DNA from: Cyanidioschyzon merolae
Lineage: Eukaryota
Assembly: GCA_000091205.1 (NCBI GenBank)
Contig: AP006499.2
Length of the DNA stretch: 64,000 bases
Reading direction: 5' to 3' (one strand)
The notes below the pieces were generated by a model, which saw nothing but the letters and a program-made list of their open reading frames with translations, searched no databases and had not been told where the DNA came from. This document shows positions 1 through 10,722 of the stretch, one piece after another; position 1 is the stretch's first letter, and the number at the start of each line of letters is the position of its first letter. Made by a program: the position numbers and the translations under genes.

Positions 1-262
1 GTTCCGATAGAACATTGAAAACTTCCTGAACAAGGCGCTGCAGTTGCTCCACCTCGGTGCCAGAGGATAGCACGAACGCAGGTGCGAGCCCTTCGGCAGA
101 CGCTTCTCGCTGCTGGGAAGCGTACGCTGCTCCTAGACGCTCACGCTGCCGTCGATAGTGTTGGCGCTCAGCGAGCGCCTCCGATAAGCGTTCTCGAAAC
201 GCTTTCAGGTGTCGCCAGTGTGCCGGGATGGAGGGCCACAGCTTGTCGCTAACACTGGCCAT
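1..262 (-). CDS. hypothetical protein, N-terminal part only; ORF opens at ATG (rc of 260-262) and runs off the window start without a stop
   Basis: Manual translation of minus strand gives MASVSDKLWPSIPAHWRHLKAFRERLSEALAERQHYRRQRERLGAAYASQQ... with no stop in 87 codons. Not in the ORF track because it is open-ended. No recognisable domain. Confidence 0.25.
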   Translation of the reverse strand, partial: MASVSDKLWPSIPAHWRHLKAFRERLSEALAERQHYRRQRERLGAAYASQQREASAEGLAPAFVLSSGTEVEQLQRLVQEVFNVLSE

Positions 263-2900
263 ACGTTGCCCGACTGCGTGCTCAGTGGGCGTCACTGCAA
301 GCAACGCTGGTACAGATCCACCGTGAAACCAGACTTTTCCAACGATTGTGAACGACGAAGTGGTGAGATATGTTTGTCCGGGTGGCGCTCGAAGCTAGCC
401 CGCACCAGGCCCTGGACTACCGGCATGCGTCTATTGCCAGTCGCATGCGTCATTTTTTCGTAGTGCGCATCAGAGCATCCACGTTCAGAACAAGAGACGA
501 TTTCGTTCAAAGTGCGGCGGAATCAGGGCCTCGTGAATACGTGGCGAGGTTGAGATACCTGCTGCGATGGTTTATTCGTTTGCAACTTTTGCTCGCCGCA
601 GACTACGCCTATTTCAGCGTAAAACAAGATAGGTTGCGTGATACGAATACATACGTTCAGGTGTTGGACGCTACCAGCTGTCATCAATACCAGCCTTTGC
701 TGGCGTTTTCTGCATCTGGATTGTTTTCCGATTCCTTATCTCCGACTTTGAATGCGTCGGTCTGTCGTTTCGCGCCACGTCTCCTGTCAGAAGTAGAAGG
801 ATGTCGACGGCAGCGTTAAGGTTCTACTTCGCTGCATCCGGCTGTTGTCAACAAATTGCATACACAGACGCGAGCTGCGATCTATGCTTCGCTTGTGATT
901 TGCCTGTTCTTTAGTTACAGTCTCAGTGCGCGCTTCGCAGCGGTACCACTCGAATGCAGGCAGGTGGTCGTTTCTGTCGACGGCACGTCATCCTCCTCCG
1001 AGAGGCATTCTGTGGTGCGCGAGGGCCTTCTTCACCGCTCGTTACGTGCCCTTGACGGAACCAGAAGGCTCATCTCGATGCTTTCCTCAGTTTCCGCGCC
1101 TGGTGCCATACTATACAAGGAGGGGCTTCTCCTTGGCTATGCTCTCTGCGAGTATTCTTCCCGCTGGACGTGCAAGCCCGCGCTATTCCACTCAATGGAT
1201 AATTTATGGGTTGCTATGTTACTAATGATGAAATATGTAATGCAACGAAAATCCAGAATTACGTGGAAGAACTCGAGCAGTGTCGATCCGTCCTTGCTCC
1301 CTTCGTGCACAGCGACGATTCACCCTCGCGTGGAAGCCATGTCGGCGATGACTCAAGTCCGAGTCCGCGACCCTTTTCCACCTAAACAGAGGCGACGGCA
1401 GCATCTGCGGCATATCCCATGACAGGTACAAGAAAGCTGTGGAATGCAGTTCCACCGATGGCAGCGACGAGATGGAGATTCTCTCTTCCAAACAGGGTCG
1501 ATTTTTTGTCGTGACAAGATCAGCGAACTCTCAGAATGAACTCATGTTGAAGCCGTCTAGGGACCGCGTCAATTTCTGGTCGTCAATCCAGTAGCGCGAA
1601 CAGTTGCGTTCACGAGTTGCCATGAAAAAGAAAGCTGAAGCACTTGAAGAAGCGTGATTTGGGCATCTTTTTCATCACGAACTGAAAGGGGTCGAGTCTT
1701 TTACTGTTTGACCAGATGATCAGATCAGTCGTTTTACGAAGCCTTTTTCAAGGGCGTCAGGAATCATCTTGGTTCCAATAATGTATCGAATTCCAGAGGC
1801 AGAGCGTCGAAGGCGTCTCTCCGAAAAGACCACCGTGCATCGAAAAACTGCCTGTGAATCCGTGAGCCCCGATTACGGTACAAAAATCATTGGGGTTGTA
1901 CGTCTAAAAAAGTTCGGAAAAATTCATTTGATATGAAAACAGCTAGCAGTTCAGTGTGCGATTTTAGTCCGACATGAATGTAGTATTCACGCCAAAAGGA
2001 AGCGTCTATTGCAGCAGTTTTCTCCGGAACGCTGCGTAATGCTAAATCTGGTTTCCGTCCTTTCCTAAAGCATCGCTATCAGTCTCAGCTTCAGAGCTGC
2101 GCCTCCATGTGGCTCCCAGAATGGAGAGCTGATTCTCTGCTGCCAATCTAATCGTGAAAACAATGGGCAGTACTTGCATTCGCCTCAGAGGGAGCCCCTC
2201 CAGGGAAGCGCATACGTTTTGGAAACGTTCAATCAGCGTGGCCGCTAGCTGAGGCACCGAACACTGCAGAACCGTTTCGGCGAGAAGTGGAGTGCTCATC
2301 CCCATCTTGGGAGTTTACACTCAGTACACGAACTCTAACAAGATAGCCACGCGAAGAGGTACACCCTCTGCACGTTTTCGACGGCACTACAAGTGACCGG
2401 CGATACCTCTATCCCAACGTTGCTTTTGAGCACGAACTTGCTCCAGCGCTGCGGCTCGTGAGACAAACGCTTCATTCGCTGGGAGCAGCATAATTTGAAT
2501 TTCACTCGGGGAAACGGCTCGTGGGGCACCTTCTTCGCTCTGCAGCCTTGCCAGCTGCAAAACTCTTCACAGGTGCGACTTGTTCTTGCGAGGAGCCCTA
2601 TCGCGCCGTACAGGTCGCTGGCTCGCGCTCCCGCAACTCGGAGCTCAAACTCTGCCTATTGAAACCTCACTTCTCTCCCAATTACAAGACCCCCAGATTC
2701 CACGACAAAGTCCCAGTGCCTGAAACGCGAGTCGGCACCAGTGATTCACCCAATTCACTCACTGCTTATCATGAAAGCTGGAGAGAAGGCGCACAGCGCG
2801 CGATCTCTCCATCGGCGAGCGTCAGCGAGCTGCTCGAGACGCGAACCCCTGTGGCAGAACGTCGATTGGGAACGTTCTTTGGTCTGGTGTGGCTCGAGGT

Positions 2901-3674
2901 ATGGCGTACCGCGGACTTCACGCCTTGTCACAGCCAGCTTATTTAGAGGACTTTATAAACTCAGTTTCGAACCTTCCCCAGGAGTTACGCGACAAATATG
3001 GACGAATGGGAGAGCTCGATGCGCTCGTGCAGCGGTTGAAGAACGAAGCTGACGCGCTCGTTCGGGAGCTGCTGCGAAAGCCTGGCAGTTCAGACCCCGA
3101 CCGAGGTCGCGACACCACTTCGCTGCAGCAAATGGGAACAAAACTTGAGCAGCTGCAAGCTCAGTGTGTAAAGCTCAATCAGGAGAAATTGCAACTCGCC
3201 GAGACGGCGTACAACACGGTGGACCAGCACGTGCGAGACTTGGACACAAAACTGCGGGAATATGAGGCATACCTGCGCCGGGAAGGCCAGTGGCCCGACG
3301 ACCTTCAGAGCCTGGTTGTGAACACCGACCATACGAAAATGGCGTCGATGAAGAACGCTGCTGCTGCTGCTGCGGCAGCACATACTGCAGCGGCTCCTGC
3401 CACGACAGCGCGCTCGACGCAAAAGGCGCCCTCCAAAGGTCAACGCAAGAGTGGCGAACCATCGACATTGCATATCATGGATGATATGCCGATCGATCCG
3501 AATGAACCGCGATACTGCTACTGCCAGAATGTCAGTTACGGGCAAATGGTTGCTTGCGAGAGCGGCGACTGTCCATACGAGTGGTTCCATTTCGAATGCG
3601 TCGGCCTCACTGAACCCCCGAAAGGCGAGTGGATTTGTCCCGACTGCCGAGCCAGAACAGGTCGCGTTCGGTAG
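2901..3674 (+). CDS. ING: ING (inhibitor of growth) family PHD-finger protein
   Basis: N-terminal ING helix (YLEDFINSVSNLPQELRDKYGRMGELD). C-terminal PHD finger YCYCQNVSYGQMVACESGDCPYEWFHFECVGLTEPPKGEWICPDC. Track ORF starts at GTG 2889; the first ATG is at 2901. Contains a poly-Ala tract. Confidence 0.8.
   Translation: MAYRGLHALSQPAYLEDFINSVSNLPQELRDKYGRMGELDALVQRLKNEADALVRELLRKPGSSDPDRGRDTTSLQQMGTKLEQLQAQCVKLNQEKLQLAETAYNTVDQHVRDLDTKLREYEAYLRREGQWPDDLQSLVVNTDHTKMASMKNAAAAAAAAHTAAAPATTARSTQKAPSKGQRKSGEPSTLHIMDDMPIDPNEPRYCYCQNVSYGQMVACESGDCPYEWFHFECVGLTEPPKGEWICPDCRARTGRVR
3356..3379. repeat. (GCT/GCN)n microsatellite inside ING CDS encoding poly-Ala
   Basis: gctgctgctgctgctgcggcagca read directly. 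Confidence 0.85.
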
Positions 3675-4620
3675 CGTACCGGGCAACGCACGCTGCTGAG
3701 CGTGATTGTTGACTGGGAGTATACGGCGCTCGCGCGACGAACGCTACACGCAAACGGGGCAAGCGTACCGGAGTGCGGGCAAGGCGCTTGGGTTTGGATT
3801 GCCACGAACCTATGCATCTGCACCGGCGATGCTATAAGATAAATACCCTGTCTTTAGTGCTCAGGCGAGTGCCCGTTTGATGAGATCGAAAACGACTCTG
3901 GGAGTAGAGTGAGCGTGTTCGCGCCCTGCAATCATCGAATCGAGGCAGGGAAACGGCGTGAGATTGCGCACGACTGCCGCTGGACAGGGGCGCTCGCGAA
4001 CACCCTCTTTCGGACGCTGCACCGGGCGGGTCGTCTCGCGCGCACGGCATCGCAACACCTCGCAGGCACCGACGCTGGATCCGCGGATCAGGTGCTTGCT
4101 CGAAGGACAGCACACGGGTTAGGCATATCGCCTGGATGGCATCCATTTCGGGAAGCACGTCCGTGGGTGACGCGCAACTTTGCAGCAGAGCTGTACAGCT
4201 TTTTCTATTGATTCAGTGAGCTTGAAGTATCGGCAAGTCAAGCGTCTGTCACTGCAGTGTGAGCGCTTCGCTTCGCCCGTCCCAGCGGGATGCATATCGA
4301 GTCGATGCGCATACGGAATTCTTTCGAGGGCCGCGGAGCGTGTGCGTGCACCCGGATCACGTGAAGCGCTGGGATCTCGCTGCATGCGCTGATGCCTGGT
4401 TGCTCGCCATCCGGTGGCGCTGTGGCCCTGCGTGCGCCTCCGATCAGCGCAGGATGGAAGCGCGTCGCGCTGGCGACGCCATTTTGGCGGGAATATTGCA
4501 AAGAAGCGCACGCAGTATATCGACACGTATGCGTTGCATCAACGATGCAACGAGCGCCGCATGGACACCAAGGCGGCCACTGGGGAATACCTGTGCCTGG
4601 GGGGCGAACCTCGGTCTCTG

Positions 4621-5859
4621 TTAGAGACCGTTCACGGGGACGGTCGCCGGGGCGCGGGCTCGGAAAAGCTGGCAGCTCACGGTCAAGGGTCGCACGACCA
4701 CTGGTGTGTGTGGGGCAACCAAGCAGGCCATTCCCGGTGAAAGGCGATAACTGTGGTCGATCCCGTGTTGGGAAATTTGTGCCTCGCCTTCTACATCGAG
4801 CAGGATGGAATAACTTGCTGATGACTCTAAATGCAAGTCCGCGGATTCCTCTCCGTGGCGTTCCAGTTCAAGACACTCGAGTTCGAATTCGCAGACCGGG
4901 GCGAGGAAGCGATTCTGAGCATCCCGTTGCAAAATTTGCACCGGGTCTTTGCAGCGATACGTGAGCATCTTGCACAACGTCTCGACGTCCTTATGTTTGT
5001 CGGTCAGTCCCGCCCGAACAACATTATCGCTAGTCGCCATGATTTCCACACAGTCTCCCTCTAGGTACGCGTGTGGCTCATTCGGTTCGATGAAAATGGC
5101 TTGACCAGGTTCTAACCTCACATGATTGAGCAGGAAAGCAGCGAAAATGCCGGCATCGTTTGGGTACTGCTTGAGGAGTCGTAGCGCGAGTGCATGCTCC
5201 GCATCCAGAACATCGGCGGCCTCTAACCGCTGGCGGAGCTGGTGCGCTTGTTGCCGCGAAACGTCTTCGTTTCGCATGAGGGATTCGAAGAGTTTTCGGA
5301 GTCCGTCCGGTGCAGATGGTGAGGAGCAAAACGTTTCCGCATACGCCCCACAAGCGCCACGAAACTCAGGGACCTGCTTCAGTGCTCGGACTATCTCCGC
5401 TACTGGTCGAAAACCGAGGAGCGCCTCGAACTGCCCTGGTCCAAGGCAAACACACATTTCTGGCTTGTGGTTGCCGTCTTTGTAAAGCTCAGGAAACTGC
5501 TTATGCAAAACTTTCGCCAGCGCAATATCCGGGTGCGCCTGAATAGAAAGCGCCCGCTCCACGCTCAGCACTTTCAGAAGAAACGGCAGCGAGCCTGCAG
5601 GAACAAAGATTGAAACGGGAACGCTTTCGTTGGCCTCGGTAACGACGGAGGCCTCTCCAGACGGGTGCGCGCCGAGCCAGAGTTCCGCGTAGGAAACGGA
5701 CTCCGAGACTCGTTCCGACTCCAGTGTCCCTTGAGCGACTGCGTAACGGGCAACCCGCGACCCCATACCACGTCGACCCCAGGCGTAGGTCTGGACGTGG
5801 CCTCGCAGGAGCCAAATACCCTGCTGTTGGCGTTTCGCGTCCACGGAAAGTGCCACCAT
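4621..5859 (-). CDS. PMI: mannose-6-phosphate isomerase (phosphomannose isomerase, type I)
   Basis: ATG start confirmed (rc of 5857-5859). Motifs YAELWLGAHPSG, LSIQAHPD, EPNEPHAYLEGDCVEIMATSDNVVRAGLT match the PMI type I family. 412 aa. Confidence 0.8.
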   Translation of the reverse strand: MVALSVDAKRQQQGIWLLRGHVQTYAWGRRGMGSRVARYAVAQGTLESERVSESVSYAELWLGAHPSGEASVVTEANESVPVSIFVPAGSLPFLLKVLSVERALSIQAHPDIALAKVLHKQFPELYKDGNHKPEMCVCLGPGQFEALLGFRPVAEIVRALKQVPEFRGACGAYAETFCSSPSAPDGLRKLFESLMRNEDVSRQQAHQLRQRLEAADVLDAEHALALRLLKQYPNDAGIFAAFLLNHVRLEPGQAIFIEPNEPHAYLEGDCVEIMATSDNVVRAGLTDKHKDVETLCKMLTYRCKDPVQILQRDAQNRFLAPVCEFELECLELERHGEESADLHLESSASYSILLDVEGEAQISQHGIDHSYRLSPGMACLVAPHTPVVVRPLTVSCQLFRARAPATVPVNGL

Positions 5860-6821
5860 CTTGTGCAGATTAGAAACCCCAGAAGAAAAGTAACCGAAAA
5901 GAAGCGTAACGCGGTATGGTTAGATATTGAAGAACTCGTAGAATTGAATATGTGAAATGCTGTTGCCGCGTGAATGGCCGATGCGTTGAATCCTAGACAA
6001 AAAAGACACGTCATGCTGGAATGCCACATAGGCGCCCTCAGCGCACGCCCAAACGTTTTCAGGCTTTCTCGTGGAAAAACCGGTATACGCCGAGGACGAG
6101 TTTCACAGCGGCCTCACGGATAGTGCGAGCTGAGCGAACGCGGACTGGATTGTTCAAGGCGACTGCACCGAGCAGAAACGCGTTTCCCCGGGTAACCTGA
6201 ACCCCGTTGGAGCTCGCGCTCTGGCTTTCGTGCGCAGCCAAACGAGTCTGCAATCGCACCCGAGCTTGACCCAAGTATGTGTCCTGGTGCAGAGCGGTTG
6301 GACTTGGCGCCCGGAGCGACAGATCGACGCGAACGCGCAGTCGAGTGGCTCCTGTTCCAGTCTCGGTTGCAGGAGCACTCGAAGAGAGCGCCGCTGACGC
6401 GCCCTGTGGCCCGGAGTCCTCTCGAGGAGCGACTGCAGGCTTTCCTACCGGAGATGCAAGCTGAAAACGCAGCATTGTTTGAGAAGATGCGAAAAGGCAC
6501 AGCTGTCGCCGTCGATACTGACTTCAGCACAGCAGATGCGCCTGAGGACGAGTGCGATGTTCCAACTGTTGAAGTGCTTCTGGTCACAGCTTCTGCTCAT
6601 GCCCAAGATACAGTAGAAGCTGCCGCACCGCAACGTCTGGTGCAAGTTCTGGGCCAGGGAGACGCCGAGCAGTGCCTGATGACCGGTGAGCAACCTCGAG
6701 CGACGCCCATGGAGGCGCCCGTCGGCAAGGCTCCACATCCAGGTGCCGCTTCACGCATGCGGAAAGCGAACCGCCATGATGAGCCTTAGGGAATCGCTTT
6801 GGAAAATAAGAGGTTCTGCGT

Positions 6822-7943
6822 TTACAAGAGCGGCGTTCGGAGCAAGTCGTAGCAGCTGTAGGCCAATAGGCCGTAGAGAACCGATACACACAGCAGGTAC
6901 TGCCAAGAACGTCGTGTTTTCCGCGGCAAACGATCCAGAGCAAGCATTAGCGCAGCGGTCAGAATGTACCGAGCGGCGTGGATGAAGCCCTCCGCAGCAA
7001 GTGCGTCCGGAGGAACAGGCCCCCGTCGACGAGCGTATGGGTTTGTGCTCCGAACTCGAATACGCTCGCCATCCCAGACGAACAGAGGCGTTCCTTGAAT
7101 GATCCATCCATGGCCACCGCCAAGCGCAAATGCGTAAAGAAGCAGCACAAAAGCGAGCCATGTTCCCGTTCGCTGATACCATCGCCACCGCCAGCCCAAA
7201 TAGAGTCCAGCGACGAACAGAGAGAGTACCAGTAGCCAATGGCGTCGCAAGGTTGGCACGACGTAGACAGGTCCACCGACACGAAGGCGCAGCGGTGGTT
7301 GCCTCCCGAGGCGTTGCATATCGGCATTCACTTGCCGCATAACCCATTCGGCGAAAGCCTTGCGATCCATCCCATCGCCAGCCGGAGGAGGTCCCGGGCG
7401 GAAACGAGCGTACTCTGCGTCAGGAGCGATGTCGGCATTCGCTGGAATGTAGAGAACTGAGGGCAACAGAGGGATTTTCAGTTTCTGAAGCCAGGGCACG
7501 AACTCGTTTCGGTTCTTTGAGGTCAAGTCGACCATGAGGGTAAACACTGGGAGCTGGCCTCTAGCTTCGTACCGGGCGTTTGAGCGCTTCACGAGGCGGG
7601 CGACCAGCTCGAGGTTGTGGCGCATGTATGCACAGAGGCCGCAGTTGGACTCCTGCTCCGTCGCCGTGACGAACAACAAGACTCCAAAAGGTCGCTCTTT
7701 TGATCCGAAGACAGTACGCTCCAGGCTAGATGCTCGTCGGACAGGAATGACGCCCGTTTCATAGTTTTGACGCAAGTCCTTCAAACGTTGCACAACTTCG
7801 GTTGCAGCGCTGGCGGTAGAAGCTGCAGCAGCAGCACCGAAAGCGGCCTGGTTTCCAGGTGCGCCCTTCGGTTCCACGCTTACGCAGCACATACATAGAG
7901 CGAGTAAGAGTGCCGTCCAGCCGAAAGCTTTTCGCGCAAGCAT
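6822..7943 (-). CDS. OST3/OST6 family oligosaccharyltransferase subunit (TUSC3/MagT1-like). Thioredoxin-like luminal domain plus 4 TM helices.
   Basis: Track ORF begins at GTG 8105. Internal ATG at 7943 gives signal peptide MLARKAFGWTALLLALCMCCVSV. CxxC motif (NCGLCAY) in the luminal domain. Four C-terminal hydrophobic helices, typical OST3/OST6 topology. Confidence 0.55.
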   Translation of the reverse strand: MLARKAFGWTALLLALCMCCVSVEPKGAPGNQAAFGAAAAASTASAATEVVQRLKDLRQNYETGVIPVRRASSLERTVFGSKERPFGVLLFVTATEQESNCGLCAYMRHNLELVARLVKRSNARYEARGQLPVFTLMVDLTSKNRNEFVPWLQKLKIPLLPSVLYIPANADIAPDAEYARFRPGPPPAGDGMDRKAFAEWVMRQVNADMQRLGRQPPLRLRVGGPVYVVPTLRRHWLLVLSLFVAGLYLGWRWRWYQRTGTWLAFVLLLYAFALGGGHGWIIQGTPLFVWDGERIRVRSTNPYARRRGPVPPDALAAEGFIHAARYILTAALMLALDRLPRKTRRSWQYLLCVSVLYGLLAYSCYDLLRTPLL

Positions 7944-9089
7944 CGAGTTTAATATGATTAGATGATCGGCAGTGTCGTTGCACAGGTAGCCTTGCGCAAC
8001 TCGAGTAAACACATCCAGCAAGCACTCGGGCTTGTTGGACGTTGTCTGCCGCTGTTGGACCTCTCGTGACCCTACGCACCTTGCAGGCCTCCTTTGATCC
8101 AGCACTAGACTGACGCTTTCTCAAAAAGGCCGCAGATGAAAGCACCAGATCTTCGTTACGCTGTTCTTTCTGAGCACGCCCGACGGCGAGCGCGCCGCAA
8201 CGGTTCCATCTCCAGTGGGGGGTACAACGGGGGCGGCACCCAGCGGACGTTGGCAGAGGCACGTTTCCGAAATTGGTATCAGGTGTGCCCCCGAAGACCC
8301 GAATTTCTTCCGTTCATCGTGGGAAGCATTCGTCTATCATTAATTTCATCGAAAGCGAATCGTTTCCGTTTAGAAAAGCGCAAATTACGCATCATCAGGC
8401 CATCGTATACGCGACTGTGGCGCTCTCTGGCCGGCATAGGCGCGCGCTCCGACAACGCTGCTATGGGGTCTGTTGATGCGCTTGATTGCCTCGTAGAAAG
8501 CAGTCCAGGCGAAATCCAGGTGTCGCCCAAATGGTGACGTCAGCCCATGGTCATTGCATTTGGATTAGACTGGAGGAACTAGCGCCTGCAGGTTTGAAAG
8601 TGCGCCCTGTCCTGCAGACGCTTCGAATACGACATCTCGACAGTATCGCTCCGCGAGTCATGGGTAAAGCACAGGACGAAACGCTTCAGCGTGCCGTCCA
8701 TCCGTATTTCACATGATTCGAGGCTTCGTCCTGAACAGTAGCCGTGTCTGAGCGGGAGGACGCGCCTTGGTTATGTATGCTAGCGGATCAAGTCGTGTCA
8801 TGCAGGCATCATCAATGCTCAGCGGACCATTGGATAAGCATTTTGGGAACAGATATGGGATAGCATCCCGCAGAAGAAGCGCAGCACTCTGGAGTACCTC
8901 TGCCCCGGTGTCCATGAACGCAGGTTCGTGGAGCGCGCTGTGCATTTCACGAAACAAACTACATCTCGACGTGCCATATGGACCCTTCCGTTGCCGATCA
9001 ATCCCGCTGGCGCAGCGGTTCGTGACGTGCTTTCAGCGGGCGCGCAGACGCTACGTCCTCTACTTCACCACTCGTCCCAGTCCATGCAA

Positions 9090-9527
9090 CTATGCATCCT
9101 GCATGTTATTCAGAGCGCCCTCAAGTTCAGCATTGATCGTGGCGAACTGATTCTGGTTAATGTGATTTTGCTCCAAGCCGGTTTCATTCGGCATGATCTG
9201 AGCGCCCATGGAGTGCATGACAGCGGCTTGACTCTGGAGACCGCTCATCATCGAAGCCATCCCAGACTGAGCGGTAGAAGTAGCACTCGATGTGCCTGTG
9301 ACTGGAAGCACCGTTTGCGCTCCTGGTCCGAACCGCACAGAGAAGGCGCCCAGCGGTGACACCGACGCCCTCGGCAGCGCGCTCCAGTCCTGTCTTGCCG
9401 GAGACGGCACTGCAGCGACGGATCCGATCGAAGGTTCAGGTTGTGCTGCGGTGCAAATGGACCCGAGGTGCAACAGTAGCCACGCAACAAGCAGGATCAC
9501 GTTGCGCAACGAATGGATAGAGGCCAT
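9090..9527 (-). CDS. putative small secreted Ser/Ala/Thr-rich protein (145 aa)
   Basis: ATG start confirmed. Clear N-terminal signal peptide MASIHSLRNVILLVAWLLLHLGSICTAAQP. Lies alone in the 2.7 kb divergent intergenic interval between the OST3 and ISWI genes. No homology recognised. Confidence 0.35.
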   Translation of the reverse strand: MASIHSLRNVILLVAWLLLHLGSICTAAQPEPSIGSVAAVPSPARQDWSALPRASVSPLGAFSVRFGPGAQTVLPVTGTSSATSTAQSGMASMMSGLQSQAAVMHSMGAQIMPNETGLEQNHINQNQFATINAELEGALNNMQDA

Positions 9528-10722
9528 TTGAAAGGACAGATCCTAGCTACAAAGACGCAAATAGGTATTGGCGCTAAACGAAGACCCAGAAGTTGCTTTC
9601 AACGCTGGGGCACTGACGAGAACAGGGTCCGCGCGTTCACCTGTCGTGAGAAAGAGGACACGCGTCCACCCAGAGCGCTGTCAAGCGCAGCGCACTCCTG
9701 AACGCTTAAAAGCCACTGCGCGCCCACGAGCCCGCTTTCCAAACTCTCAGCACGTTCCTCTGTGCGTAACAATGTTATTTACCAGAAAAAAACGCTTCGT
9801 CTGACTTGAGCAGCGCCTCGTCTCAAACCTTCCACTACAGAGTTTTTCCTACAAGTCGCATTTTAGCTATTTGTGACGCCCGCATCCCAAAGCGCGTTGC
9901 TTCCGTGCGCGCCCCGCACACGGATGCCGCCGCTGTTTAGCATGCGTGTCCGCGGCGTCGAATGCCGCCGCATGCCGAATGAACAGTCTACCAGCGATTG
10001 GGACATAATGGACACCGCCGCTCGAGTCGCCGCTGATCCACCAGCACCACGACATGGACCGGGGGCCTCCCTGGACTGCGCGATAGCAAGCGACATCCGG
10101 GAAGGCGCGCACCACTCTACGCCCCAGCTCCGAGTTCCATTGTTCATACTTCTCATCGGATATGCTGGTCATGTCGTGCGTTCTGTTGTGCCCTGAGTCT
10201 GCAGTGAGCGTTCACTAAAGCGCCCATAGCGACACTGCGAACGCTGCACGGAGACAAAGCGGCTTTGCCAAGCCACTGAGGGGAAGTTGGCTCGAGAAGC
10301 GGCTGCGCATCAAGCGTTACAGGAAAACTCCACTGGAGTTTCGGCAGTGCGAATACCAACATTCCTGGATCGACCAAGCCTCTGTTCACGAGGAGGCAGC
10401 ATCCTCGCATTAGAGCAACGTGGTCCTGGTTCTTGGGGAGCGGAGCTTGCTTCCCTGGGCATTCGTAGCGCTCAGGCATCGGGGAGCGTATCCGGTCAGG
10501 TGTGTTGTGATGTCAGCGCCATGGGGGCAGATGGCGTGCGCGCGCTCCCGCGTCGGCCGCAGCATAGCGTTGACAGCAGGAAACTGCGCGCTTCCATACA
10601 ACGAAGTCTGTACCTGGAAACACTGGTGTTTGTGTCTCGGCACCAGAGACTGAGTACGTGAAGCACTGAGGAATCTTGAATATATAGCAGTGATCCTTGA
10701 ACGAGTCCAAGGTGTAGTACAC

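Noticed and set aside
6277-6789. 170-aa ORF (plus) in the PMI/OST3 intergenic region, ATG start, acidic middle section
   Set aside because: No recognisable domain. It is overlapped by equally long minus-strand ORFs (6059..6475, 6114..6587). Cannot distinguish from GC-driven noise without expression data.
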